Part shown: positions 10,781 to 20,886 of the stretch, one piece after another
Position numbering within the stretch: position 1 is the first letter of the stretch
How the letters are laid out: each line of letters starts with the position of its first letter
IMG/VR virus record: IMGVR_UViG_3300033067_001757
Location: 96,001-160,000 of that record
DNA: 64,000 nucleotides
Reading direction: 5' to 3' (one strand)
Origin: a virus
Lineage: Duplodnaviria; Caudoviricetes
Translations under genes and position numbers: made by a program
The notes under the pieces: model-generated
The model's database searches: none
Told to the model about the DNA's origin: nothing
Seen by the model: the letters and a program-made list of their open reading frames with translations, nothing else

Positions 10781-12418
10781 TTATAGTTTGTCCAAATCGG
10801 CAACGTAAACAGCCCCAAAAAATTCCGCGCGGGTTACCTTCTTAGCGTAACGAGTTGACAACCCTTTACGTGGAGTGAAAGTTTCAGGATCAAACAATGT
10901 CGGTGTCATCACCAGCGGTACATACGTTAAGTATGAAGCTCCACATTCAAGGAACGATCCACCTTTGTAACCCATTAATATGGTGTTTGAAGTCATATAA
11001 GGGTTGATTATAACGTCCCATTTGTTTGCGATGTTACCTGCTTTGTAAGCGCCCATTGCGTACTTATCGCTCTTTCCATCAGTGCTTGCTGCATATCCAG
11101 AGATAGACTCAAGGATTACAGAAACCTCCGGTGAAATCATCACTTTATTCGCCTGACCACGTACAGTCTTCTTTAAGATCTGACGAGATACTGTCTGCAT
11201 CTTGGTACCAAGTGTTTTGAACCACTCACCCTGGGTGTTGTAGTAACCACCTGCACCTGCTGCGGCCTGAGACCATGTAGCTGTATTCTTGTTATAGAAT
11301 ACGTTAGATACACATGACCAGATTTCATAAGTATTAACAGACGCTTCGATCATATCAAGAATCTCAAGGTCAATCTCCATAGAGATGTATTCGCTTAACA
11401 CCGAAGTGATTTCAGCTTCTACATCAATACTTTGATAAGCGTTGATATCCTGCGCACCTTCTGCAGTCCATTTACCTTTTACTTTTCTGGTTTTAGCGGC
11501 CACAGCTTCTGAACGGAATTCCATGTTGAATTCTGGAATAGAGTTAGAACCAGTTAAACCTCTTGTAGCGGTATCTTCAAAATCACCACGAGCATTATCG
11601 GTAGGTTGTTTTGAGTAGTAAATAGTCGCTGAACCTGATCCAAGACCCAACTGACCAGCAGTACCTGAAACGATGAACGTTAAGGTATCGGTTGTTGTGT
11701 TATAAGAAGAGAATTCTGCGAACAAGTTAGATTCAGATACACCTGAGCCGGTAAGTACAAATGAACGCGCTCCTACAGTATCCATACCAGGTACAGCAGC
11801 GGCAGCGGCAGTAACACTTAACTTCCTTAAGAAACCAGCTTGTGCAGATGCACTGTAGTTACCATTGAAGTTGATGTCAGCAGCAGAAGCTGTTGTAGTA
11901 GTGAAAGATATTGACGAGGTATATTCGTTGATAGAGAATCCCCAACGGCCAGCGCCATATAAACCACCGAAAGCTGGTACGTTCTTAGTAGTGGTAGTAC
12001 CATAAACACTATCACTCGAGTTGAAACGTGAGTTACCACTTAAAGATGGTTGGTTAGTACCATACTTAAATTCAAGATAGAATACCATACCTGTTGGTAA
12101 TGGCATCGGCTGTAACGATACAAATTCTTTTGAAGGAATGTCAGCGAATACTTTACGCACCAACGGTAACGCAACGCCTGCCCATTGTTCACCAGAACCT
12201 ACTGTGAATGTACCACCGGTACCAGTCTGGGTCTGTTCAACGAACAATTGTTTTGCTTGATTCTCAAGCATGAGAACCATGTTCTCTTTAGCATATTTTT
12301 CCTGAAGGTCTTTACCTTTCAAAAGGCCGGTCTTTTCCCATTTGGGCATAAGCTCCTTAGCTCTTTTTAACTGATCCTGGAATGCTGATTCCGGATTATA
12401 TAATTTTTCTATACTCAT
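10781..12418 (-). CDS. Major capsid protein, T4 gp23-like
   Basis: KWEKTGLL..LENQ, LPLVRKVF, VSLQPM..PTG.VFYL, AKTRKVKGKWT.E.AQD, FTPRKGLSTRYA motifs. Confidence 0.95.
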   Translation of the reverse strand: MSIEKLYNPESAFQDQLKRAKELMPKWEKTGLLKGKDLQEKYAKENMVLMLENQAKQLFVEQTQTGTGGTFTVGSGEQWAGVALPLVRKVFADIPSKEFVSLQPMPLPTGMVFYLEFKYGTNQPSLSGNSRFNSSDSVYGTTTTKNVPAFGGLYGAGRWGFSINEYTSSISFTTTTASAADINFNGNYSASAQAGFLRKLSVTAAAAAVPGMDTVGARSFVLTGSGVSESNLFAEFSSYNTTTDTLTFIVSGTAGQLGLGSGSATIYYSKQPTDNARGDFEDTATRGLTGSNSIPEFNMEFRSEAVAAKTRKVKGKWTAEGAQDINAYQSIDVEAEITSVLSEYISMEIDLEILDMIEASVNTYEIWSCVSNVFYNKNTATWSQAAAGAGGYYNTQGEWFKTLGTKMQTVSRQILKKTVRGQANKVMISPEVSVILESISGYAASTDGKSDKYAMGAYKAGNIANKWDVIINPYMTSNTILMGYKGGSFLECGASYLTYVPLVMTPTLFDPETFTPRKGLSTRYAKKVTRAEFFGAVYVADLDKL

Positions 12419-12454
12419 TGTTTTTTATTGTTTTTTTTTTTGGGTTGTTTGTTT

Positions 12455-13531
12455 TTAGTTTAGTCCCGCCAGTTCTGCCCATCTTGCGATCTGCGATTCA
12501 TTTAAGATTCCACCGGTTGCTACCTTAGCGCTCTTAGTTGAAGTGCCTGCAGATTTAGATGCCATTCCTAACGCTTCTTTGATATTGGTTTTTTTGTTTG
12601 TTTTTGCTTTGTAAGCTCCTGATAATGCTTCGTGAATAACTTTCGCTTCTTTCACTGTTGTAGCTTTATCGAACGCTTTGATTACTTTGATTTTTTCAGA
12701 CTTGTCAAGGTTGCACTCTTTAAGAATTTTGTTCATATAAAGAAGCTGTGCAGTAAGAAGGTTACCCTCGTTTACTTTTTTAACCAACGTGGTTACAAGT
12801 TTTTTTGATTCTTGTAATTCGGCTTTAATTTCTTCGTTCTCTTCCTGCATATTGGTAGGTAACGTATCGTGTTTACCGAAATGTTTACCACCAGGTTTAA
12901 CAGATGAAGGAGAGATTTCATCCTTGTAGAACTTCATGAATGCATTGAACTTGTCACCAAGTAAAGTCTTCAATTTGTCCAACTTAGATTTGTCGAGTTT
13001 GATATCTTCAGCCTCATCAACTTCTTCAGCATCTTCTTCGGGTGCTTCTTCTTCATCTTCACCTTCAGATAATTCACTTAACAATTGATTGATGGTAGCA
13101 TCTTCGTCAAGATCAGAATCGTCTTCAACTTCTTCCGAACCGTCTTCCTGGTGATCAGCGTTTTTCTTTTTTGCTTCATCCATGTCTTCGGTATCGTCAT
13201 CATCACCTTTTTCTTCTTTTTCGATCTCGGCCAGGATAGCATCAATGTCAATTGATTCATCCATATCATCTTCATCACCATCTGGTGCAGGTTCGTCATC
13301 ACAATCGTCAGCAGCAGCTTTTTTCTTTTCGTCGATTTCAGTTTCGTTCAAATCTGTTGATTCTTCCATGTCTTCTTCCTCATCGGCATCTTCTGCTAAC
13401 TGAGAGTTCAAAAGGTTATTCAATTCAGGTTCAAAAGTTTCCAAAAGAGATGCTCTTGCGTTTTCGAGTGCGATTTTTTTAATACTGTCAGCGTCAGCGA
13501 TGGCGCTTTTTAATAATTCGTGTTTAGCCAT
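12455..13531 (-). CDS. Prohead scaffold/core protein, gp22-like
   Basis: Highly acidic and helical; lies between protease and capsid genes. Start taken at MAKHELL (ATG 13531). Confidence 0.75.
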   Translation of the reverse strand: MAKHELLKSAIADADSIKKIALENARASLLETFEPELNNLLNSQLAEDADEEEDMEESTDLNETEIDEKKKAAADDCDDEPAPDGDEDDMDESIDIDAILAEIEKEEKGDDDDTEDMDEAKKKNADHQEDGSEEVEDDSDLDEDATINQLLSELSEGEDEEEAPEEDAEEVDEAEDIKLDKSKLDKLKTLLGDKFNAFMKFYKDEISPSSVKPGGKHFGKHDTLPTNMQEENEEIKAELQESKKLVTTLVKKVNEGNLLTAQLLYMNKILKECNLDKSEKIKVIKAFDKATTVKEAKVIHEALSGAYKAKTNKKTNIKEALGMASKSAGTSTKSAKVATGGILNESQIARWAELAGLN

Positions 13532-13698
13532 TTTCCTTAATAAGTTTTTAGGAATATCTACGCCTATTAGAGAGGTGTAATGTGGGATTATGTGTCTTTC
13601 GAGCAAGTGATTCTTTATAGACAAAGAATATTGTAGTTCTTACTCTTTAATAAATATCATGTACATATATGAAAAATATGAATTTTCCAAATATTTTT

Positions 13699-14364
13699 TT
13701 AAGCAGTCTTTTTCTTATCACCAAACATACATGAGCAGGCACCTGAATTCTCACAGATAAGATCATGTATGATTTCATCGATTCTATTGAAGTGGTGTAA
13801 TGAAGTATTGATGAGGGTATGATCTAATCCTTCCATCAAAGACATATTACTGCCTTGCGTACTCTCAAAACTCACGAGATCCCAAGTTAACAAGGCATAA
13901 TCGTCTTGTACTTCCATGGTATTCTCATCAAGCTGTTCTACAGTACCCATACCACGAGAGGAGATGCCAACCGGTATCTTTCTGCGAAGTAAGCCGGCGG
14001 CAATACGGCCAGCGGGAAATTCAGGTCCATCAAGTATCTCAATATCACCGTATACATCGTCGCCTTCCCAGAAAATATTCTTGATATTATGTGATACGTT
14101 TTTAAGATTTACAACATTTTCGTTGCTATGATCAAGCTCACCAAGTGCTCTGTTGGCCTGCACCATCGTCTCAGCATATTTACCGACTTCTCGTTCAAGT
14201 ATAGGACGTGGATAAATACGACCGTTACGGTTCTTCGCATTGGCTCGTTGAAGCAATACTTTCTTTAAGATCATTGGTTGACCTTCACGCGATGTAGCTT
14301 CAGTCAACTGTTGAGGACTTAATACTAATTCGTAATATTCTTTAAGGGGTTGGAGTTGTTTCAT
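13699..14364 (-). CDS. Prohead protease, T4 gp21-like
   Basis: NRNGRIYP, ALGELDH, VSH, GISSRGMG, WDLV motifs. Confidence 0.93.
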   Translation of the reverse strand: MKQLQPLKEYYELVLSPQQLTEATSREGQPMILKKVLLQRANAKNRNGRIYPRPILEREVGKYAETMVQANRALGELDHSNENVVNLKNVSHNIKNIFWEGDDVYGDIEILDGPEFPAGRIAAGLLRRKIPVGISSRGMGTVEQLDENTMEVQDDYALLTWDLVSFESTQGSNMSLMEGLDHTLINTSLHHFNRIDEIIHDLICENSGACSCMFGDKKKTA

Positions 14365-14376
14365 TGTTGTTTTTTA

Positions 14377-16545
14377 TTAGGAAGTCTTTTCTAATTTGTC
14401 TCCCAGCTTATCAAATAAATCTTGGTCAACCCTATTTTGTGTATGTGTATCAAATTTTTCTCCATTTTTTCTAACGGTAGTGAATGAATGTTTTCCTACA
14501 CTATTTCCTTTTGTTTTTTTACCCCAATAAATAATATCTACAATAGGATTGCTACCTTTTTTAGAATCAATATCTGAATCATATTTATTCAAGAAATCAA
14601 TAATTTCTTTTTTAGCCGGTTTCACTTCAACATTTGATTCTTCATTTACAACCGGTTTAATATCCTGTATGCTATCAATTTTTACTTCCTTACCCATTTT
14701 ATCTTTACCGAAAGCATGATCGTTACCAACACTGGTTAGAGTAAGTTCACCATACTTTTTATGCATTACTTTAGTTCCCGCTGATAGATTCTGAAAATAG
14801 AATCCTGATTTAAGTTGAAGTTCTTCATTAGTCTTACTTATCTTACAGTCATCAGGTGCATATGAATTGAATACTTCAATACCGGTATCACCAAGCTGGT
14901 TTACCAGGTCCATAACTTTATCATGTGTCTCCTGGCCGCGTTTCTTCAATGAATCATTATCACTGGTCTCATAGTACCAATCATAACGCTTCATTAAGTC
15001 ATTCAATTCATTTTTTTTTACCGTGGGGCCTTTGATGTCCTGCTCGTAGAGTTTCTTACGGATTATTTTCTTGAGTGATTCGCGGAGAGCTTCAGATGGT
15101 TTACTTTGATTATCAATCTCACCAGCAAGTTTATCGACATCAATTCCTCTGAGATCAATGATCATTTCCTGGCTTTGTCTGAAAGCTTTGGCAATAGTTT
15201 TAAGTGAGTGCGCTGCTACTTTACCATCTCTCGATGATGCTTTAGCTGCTGAATAATGATTTTTTACATCAGCATCTACAAGAAATGTAACGCGACCATA
15301 AGTACCTTGATTGAAATGTAATATTTCATCACCGCGTTGTTTTAGAGTTTTTAGTTTATCTAATGAGAAAGGATATACTTTTGGTTTTATACTCAGTGCT
15401 TCTGAAATGTTTGATTCATCTACAGCTTTCTCCTTCGGAAATATCTTATCAGCAAGTGTAGCAAGACCTTTATCCAAATCAACTACTCTATCATGAGTCT
15501 TTGCATCAGATGGATTCTCGAAATATAATGATGTAACACCCTGATTAGTTTTTGTCATGGTAAGTTTATCGCCTTCGGTAAATGACAGTTCGAATGTTCC
15601 ATCTTTTGATTTCTTACCGGATTTTACAGTCTTCTTTATCTGTAATTTCTTATTTGGATCACTATGGTCTTCGACGGTAAATGATACCTCTTTACCTTTA
15701 ACGGGTTTGTCAACTGATGAGAAGATGGATTCATCTATACCAGTCTTATCTAGTTCTGAATAATACTTTGGATTTTCTGCAAGATGATCAAGTGCTATTT
15801 CAGCAGCAATCTTCGGATCGGACGTATGTTCCATTTCATGTTTCACACCTTTCTTGAACTCATCTCTATCAACATCGTTGATACTAAGTTTATCACCCTT
15901 ACCACCTTTAAGTTTATTTCCCGGAAAAGGTTTTTTACCCTCACTAACAACCTTCATCTCACCGGGTCCACCTTTCATCATCTTAACACCTTTAGGCTTT
16001 GTGGCCTTCTCTGCAGATCCTTTAGGCGTCTTCTTATCTTTCTCAATACCTTTAACCGGCTTAACAGCATTGTCCTTATCAACAACGTTTGTCTTGCTTG
16101 CGTTTATCTCAATCGGTTGATCGGTACGCTTGGTTGGTTTCTTTGTTTTCAACAACAGAAGCCTGGTATAATAGATAGGATCAGATTCAATATTTTTTAG
16201 CGCTTTAGCACGAGCTTTATCGATATCAGGTTCTTTCATATCATCAAGCTCATGTCTCCATCCTTGCTGAAATTCGTAATCATTAGCATGATCCTGGTCA
16301 AGCTTTGGTTTCTTTGTAGCTTCTGTCAACACCTTTATAGAGCCAAGCAAATCAAATGATTCTTCTTTGGCTTCGTTGATATCGAATATATGACCACGGT
16401 TTTTCAACTGAACTATAGTCTGGTCATAAGTATTGGTATTGGTAATAAATGACGATAACTCTTCATCCCTTCTTATTTGAAATAAGAATTGACTCTGAGA
16501 CATTTCTTCGTTTAATACTTTCTGATATAGTTGTTGTGGTGTCAT
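14377..16545 (-). CDS. Probable internal head protein with DUF5661-like repeats
   Basis: GVKHEMEHT.DP..A.EIALDHL.E.P.YY plus a degenerate second copy; many (L/I/V)xE sites. Confidence 0.55.
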   Translation of the reverse strand: MTPQQLYQKVLNEEMSQSQFLFQIRRDEELSSFITNTNTYDQTIVQLKNRGHIFDINEAKEESFDLLGSIKVLTEATKKPKLDQDHANDYEFQQGWRHELDDMKEPDIDKARAKALKNIESDPIYYTRLLLLKTKKPTKRTDQPIEINASKTNVVDKDNAVKPVKGIEKDKKTPKGSAEKATKPKGVKMMKGGPGEMKVVSEGKKPFPGNKLKGGKGDKLSINDVDRDEFKKGVKHEMEHTSDPKIAAEIALDHLAENPKYYSELDKTGIDESIFSSVDKPVKGKEVSFTVEDHSDPNKKLQIKKTVKSGKKSKDGTFELSFTEGDKLTMTKTNQGVTSLYFENPSDAKTHDRVVDLDKGLATLADKIFPKEKAVDESNISEALSIKPKVYPFSLDKLKTLKQRGDEILHFNQGTYGRVTFLVDADVKNHYSAAKASSRDGKVAAHSLKTIAKAFRQSQEMIIDLRGIDVDKLAGEIDNQSKPSEALRESLKKIIRKKLYEQDIKGPTVKKNELNDLMKRYDWYYETSDNDSLKKRGQETHDKVMDLVNQLGDTGIEVFNSYAPDDCKISKTNEELQLKSGFYFQNLSAGTKVMHKKYGELTLTSVGNDHAFGKDKMGKEVKIDSIQDIKPVVNEESNVEVKPAKKEIIDFLNKYDSDIDSKKGSNPIVDIIYWGKKTKGNSVGKHSFTTVRKNGEKFDTHTQNRVDQDLFDKLGDKLEKTS

Positions 16546-16548
16546 TGT

Positions 16549-17091
16549 TTATTTAAATAATTTTGCTATTAGTTCTTGTTTGTCTTCTCTAAAATCATCG
16601 ATCTTATATTCAATATCCTGGATCAATGTTGACGCATCAGATGCGTCTCTTTCTATAACCTGATATTTATCTGACAGATCGCTGAATTTATCAGATGATT
16701 GTTTATCTCCTTCGTCATCGTAATCAGCAGACATATCATCAAGCTGGTTATACATTTTACTGGTGATATCATCGAGTTTTTCACCGGTTAATATTATGTT
16801 CTTGATCTTCTGAGGATTCATAATAATATCTTCCAGGGTCAAATTAGATATAATATTCATATACTTCTGCAGACTATCTTGATAACCTTTCAGTTTAGCC
16901 TCGGCGTCCTTATAAATAGATTCTCGTTTCTCCGGAGTATACGATACTGATTCCTTAATCCGCTTCTTCTTTTTCTTATGTCCACCAACAAAGTTCGCTG
17001 GGCCATAATTCTGTTCACCGGTACCGGGTGTAAATGAAGCTCCACCAACACCTGTTCCAGTCATCTCACTAATCTTTTTTCTCTGCATCAA
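16549..17091 (-). CDS. Hypothetical head-module protein
   Basis: 180-aa ORF in the head operon. Confidence 0.6.
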   Translation of the reverse strand: MMQRKKISEMTGTGVGGASFTPGTGEQNYGPANFVGGHKKKKKRIKESVSYTPEKRESIYKDAEAKLKGYQDSLQKYMNIISNLTLEDIIMNPQKIKNIILTGEKLDDITSKMYNQLDDMSADYDDEGDKQSSDKFSDLSDKYQVIERDASDASTLIQDIEYKIDDFREDKQELIAKLFK

Positions 17092-17920
17092 ACTCTTTTA
17101 AAAGCTCGTAATAACTTAAAAGATTATGTACTTCCTTATCGGTAACGTTCTTACCAGGTTGTATTTCTTTAATGAATGATAATACTTCATTAAGTTTAAC
17201 TTTCCTTACCTCATCTTGCATATCTTTAATATGTTTCTTCAATTGTTTTTTGACAGTGACAAACTCAGTATTTACATACTCCTTCAGTTTGTCAGTTGAA
17301 GACATATTATTAATATACTCTGCAAGTAGTGATTTTTGTTTAGTATCAAAGTCCTGGTACTTCTCGTTGAATTTCTTCAACATTATTTTATAAACCAGTG
17401 CTCTGGTACCTTTATCATAAGTGGAAAAAGCTTCCAATAGTTCGTCTTTCAATTCGGTAGATACCGGAGCTGATATGGCTTCGAGGATTGTTATCTTACA
17501 ATCTGAATATTTTTGAGGATCGACATATTCCGGTTGATCCATCTCAAATAACATATAAATAGATGCCAACATCTTGTAATTACTTACATTAGCTTTGAAG
17601 AATTCATCAATATTATAGTGCTCTTTAATAGCGGCCACCAGATCATATTTCTGCTTTTTTAAAGCGGCTTTATTTAACTTCCGGTATGATTCAACAGATG
17701 CATTTATTAAAATATCTGCTTTCTGCTCGGTCAAATGTTTGGCTGAGGTTAATGCATTATAAATCCTGTACTCTTTACATATCTCAGTGTTATTGAAATA
17801 CTTCTTGAGTATACCGACAGCTTTCGACTCTTGGTTTTTCAGTGTATCAGATGTGATCTGTCTTACCAGGAGTTCAAACAGAATAGCGGAATTTTTTAGC
17901 TTGTTGTGCTTGGGCTTCAT
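17069..17920 (-). CDS. Hypothetical helical head-module protein
   Basis: 283-aa ORF after the portal gene, preceded by the late motif. Confidence 0.65.
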   Translation of the reverse strand: MKPKHNKLKNSAILFELLVRQITSDTLKNQESKAVGILKKYFNNTEICKEYRIYNALTSAKHLTEQKADILINASVESYRKLNKAALKKQKYDLVAAIKEHYNIDEFFKANVSNYKMLASIYMLFEMDQPEYVDPQKYSDCKITILEAISAPVSTELKDELLEAFSTYDKGTRALVYKIMLKKFNEKYQDFDTKQKSLLAEYINNMSSTDKLKEYVNTEFVTVKKQLKKHIKDMQDEVRKVKLNEVLSFIKEIQPGKNVTDKEVHNLLSYYELLKEFDAEKKD

Positions 17921-17945
17921 TTAGTTTATTATCTATTATAAATAT

Positions 17946-19826
17946 CTATATGATGACATCATCCTGAATTAATCGCTCGTCAAGCAGTCCTTCATCCTCT
18001 TTTAAATGTTCATACAGAACAATTTTCCTCGGTTTAAAGATGCTGGATAACATTTCTTTATGTGTATCCTTAGCGTTTTCCAATGCCATAGACTTTGGTG
18101 TATTCTTGAATGTTATACCTTTCTCACCTTTATCATGTGTACCTTTCTTTCCTGTTGGATCACGTCCAAATGCTGATTTATCGGTTGTATAAATTGATGC
18201 TTTCTCTTTAGGTCTGCCGGGGCCGGGTATATTTTCTTTTTCATCATACCCATCAGGTACTTCGCCAGTATTACCTAAAGAATTTTGTTTGTAGATGGAC
18301 GCCAAATCATGCTTGGTACCATAAGAAACACCTGATGCTGCAGGATCATTACCTTCTTCTTTAATCTGAGAGTATCTAAATCTTCTTGAGGCATCTTCGT
18401 TAATAAGATCGCGTTGCTCATTAAGCTCGTCTTCACTCATGTTAAGAATCTTATCAGCTAACCAATCGGTTGATACCATCTGGTAGTCACCTTCGGTAAT
18501 ATTTTTGATCAGATCAAACTTCTCTTTAAGGAGTGCAATCTTTTCCTGTTCGTATATAATTGACGGATTATTAAGAGAAAGTTCGAAGTTCAAACAACCA
18601 TCTTCGAAGCCTTGAGTATACAAATGTGTGATACCGATTTTCTTCAGTTCACTTACAATGGTTCTTTGTATCTGTTCTACAGTACGACTAAAACGAACAT
18701 CAAGTGATGATATGGTTGATTTACCATTCAGTTCGTCTGAATAATTAAGGAACGCTTTAGGTACCTTCAATGCGGCCAGCATCTTATCGCGGATATATTC
18801 AACGTCTTCTATGCCGGCATATTCTAAGCCCTTGGCCGTATCAATTTTAGTAGTATTATCACCCGGACGGATAGGAATATAATAATCCTCCAGCATGTTC
18901 TGCACATTAAACTTCAGATTGTAGTCACCTGTTTGAGGATCTACAAACGGAGTCTTCTTCATTTGATTAATGGAGTTCTGTACGAATGCGTTTACTTCGG
19001 AAGGTGGGATATTACCAACGTTAATATAGAATACACGTCTTTCGGGTGCTCTCATGATTCTGTGGAGCAACATAGCGTCTTCGAGTAGACACAACTGTTT
19101 ATAAAGCTTCCTGGCCGGTTCAATATACGCACGACCATATGGTAGATAATTGGTATCTTTCAGCAGTCTGAAGTGTGCAATTTCATATTGTTCGAACGTG
19201 ATACTGTTCCTGCCGGTAGCAGTAGTTCCTCCGGAAAGAGAAATAGGATCATATCTGAACCTGGTATAATAAGGGTTATCCGGGTCCATTCCTTCTTCGC
19301 GTACCATATCATATACCGAGAGAGGTTTACAATTGGATATCCCTAGTAGTTCGGTGATTTTGAGATGCATGTAAAAATCTCCATATTTACACATGGAGCG
19401 AATCCACATAGGAAGGTTGAATTCTATGTTCAGGATATTGTAATAGAGATCGTATAATATTTTCTGAATCTTATCATCGCTGCTGCGAATAGATAACATC
19501 TCATCAGATTCACCCTTTAAAGTACATTCCTCGGATAATATATCCAGAACTGACGAAATGATACCATCGGTGTCCATGTTCTCGTAATCAGCATATAATT
19601 GCAATCTGAGCGTCTGGTAATTGAGCATAGGATTGAACTGTTGGTTCGATCCCATACGATACATTCTTGTAAACCTGTCGACTAAAGAGTTTGTTTGGAG
19701 ATTACCGAATGCCTGGATATTTTCAACGTCGGCAACCTTTAATTGTTTACCTCCGATATTGCGAATTATTGTACCAGTTGCGAACAATCTGCGTAAACGT
19801 GGGAAAAATGTTTTATCGATCGCCAT
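17946..19826 (-). CDS. Portal protein, T4 gp20-like
   Basis: LLEDAMLLHRIMRAPERRVFYINVGNIPP, EDYYIP.R and ALKVPK motifs. Confidence 0.95.
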   Translation of the reverse strand: MAIDKTFFPRLRRLFATGTIIRNIGGKQLKVADVENIQAFGNLQTNSLVDRFTRMYRMGSNQQFNPMLNYQTLRLQLYADYENMDTDGIISSVLDILSEECTLKGESDEMLSIRSSDDKIQKILYDLYYNILNIEFNLPMWIRSMCKYGDFYMHLKITELLGISNCKPLSVYDMVREEGMDPDNPYYTRFRYDPISLSGGTTATGRNSITFEQYEIAHFRLLKDTNYLPYGRAYIEPARKLYKQLCLLEDAMLLHRIMRAPERRVFYINVGNIPPSEVNAFVQNSINQMKKTPFVDPQTGDYNLKFNVQNMLEDYYIPIRPGDNTTKIDTAKGLEYAGIEDVEYIRDKMLAALKVPKAFLNYSDELNGKSTISSLDVRFSRTVEQIQRTIVSELKKIGITHLYTQGFEDGCLNFELSLNNPSIIYEQEKIALLKEKFDLIKNITEGDYQMVSTDWLADKILNMSEDELNEQRDLINEDASRRFRYSQIKEEGNDPAASGVSYGTKHDLASIYKQNSLGNTGEVPDGYDEKENIPGPGRPKEKASIYTTDKSAFGRDPTGKKGTHDKGEKGITFKNTPKSMALENAKDTHKEMLSSIFKPRKIVLYEHLKEDEGLLDERLIQDDVII

Positions 19827-20833
19827 TAAATTATTTTATTTTTATATTTCCAAACATATCCGTAGGCTTGTTTGTATTCACCTTTACACGATTTGATAAT
19901 AGCGCTTGTATGAAAATTCAATTCCTTTTTTACTTCAGCCATTGAATTCCATTCTTTAATATAATCACCTGTGATAGAATACTGTAACACCGGCTTCATC
20001 TTGACCTTGTGTCCATTTTTATAAGCCTCACTATGATAATTTGTTTCAGTATAAGATGGTGGGAACCACTTGAGTGGATCGGAATATCTCCACAGATATT
20101 TCTTGAATGATTTTTCTTTTCCTCTACAACATTTCAATATTGTTGATGCCGAGATATCTAATTCAACTTCAACATCGCTTGCCGATGTCCATTCCTTTAT
20201 AAATTCACCGGATAAACTATATTGTTTGATCGGATTCTTTTGTGATTGAGATCGTTGTTTAGTGAATTCCTTATCATACCATTTATTATCGTATGATGGT
20301 TCAAACCATAATTCAGGTGATTTATATCTCCATACATATCCATATACAGCAGGTGTTTTACCTCTACAACAACGCGTTATTCTACTATCAACAGAATCAA
20401 AACCTCTGAAATATATATTAGCATCTGAAGCTGATTCCCACTCCTTAATCAATTTACCACTCTTAGAATATTGTAGAACAGGTTTTTTACGAGTTTTTGA
20501 CCTTCTTGCTATTATCTCGGGTGTATGAGCCTTAGCTATTGATTCTTTAGATAGATTCTCCATTCCATCTCCTCCATCAGTCATATTAACTAGAGGTCCG
20601 GTACCAATATCATCTCTTCCCCATAATCTTATCATAGAAATTTCACGTCTCCGTGCTTCATCATATGATATATTTTCAAGAAGGAGTTCTACTCTATATC
20701 CAACCTTATTTACTATCTTACGCCAATGATCATTTCTATTATGTTTAGAATAAGCTCTCGAAATGTTCTTCGCTATTCCAACATAAAATACCGTTTGGGT
20801 GTCTAATCGTATGTGTTGATATAAAAATGCCAA
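19826..20833 (-). mobile_element. GIY-YIG homing endonuclease with three NUMOD1-like repeats
   Basis: FLYQHIR...FYVGI, LVNMTDGGDG, and three KPV.QYS..G..IKEW.S repeats. Lies between terminase and portal; TTG start. Confidence 0.85.
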
Positions 20834-20886
20834 TTGTACTGTTTAGTGTATATATAAATATATTAGAGAGGTTCAGAAAAACGCTA

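Noticed and set aside
13532-13624. Track start sites for scaffold (13624), phoH (10095), sigma (47498), 24351 and 58045
   Set aside because: The extensions look non-protein-like or run through the late-promoter motif, so downstream ATGs were preferred.
19826-20886. Group I intron or intein in terminase, portal or capsid genes
   Set aside because: These ORFs are intact and of expected size; the endonucleases lie between genes.
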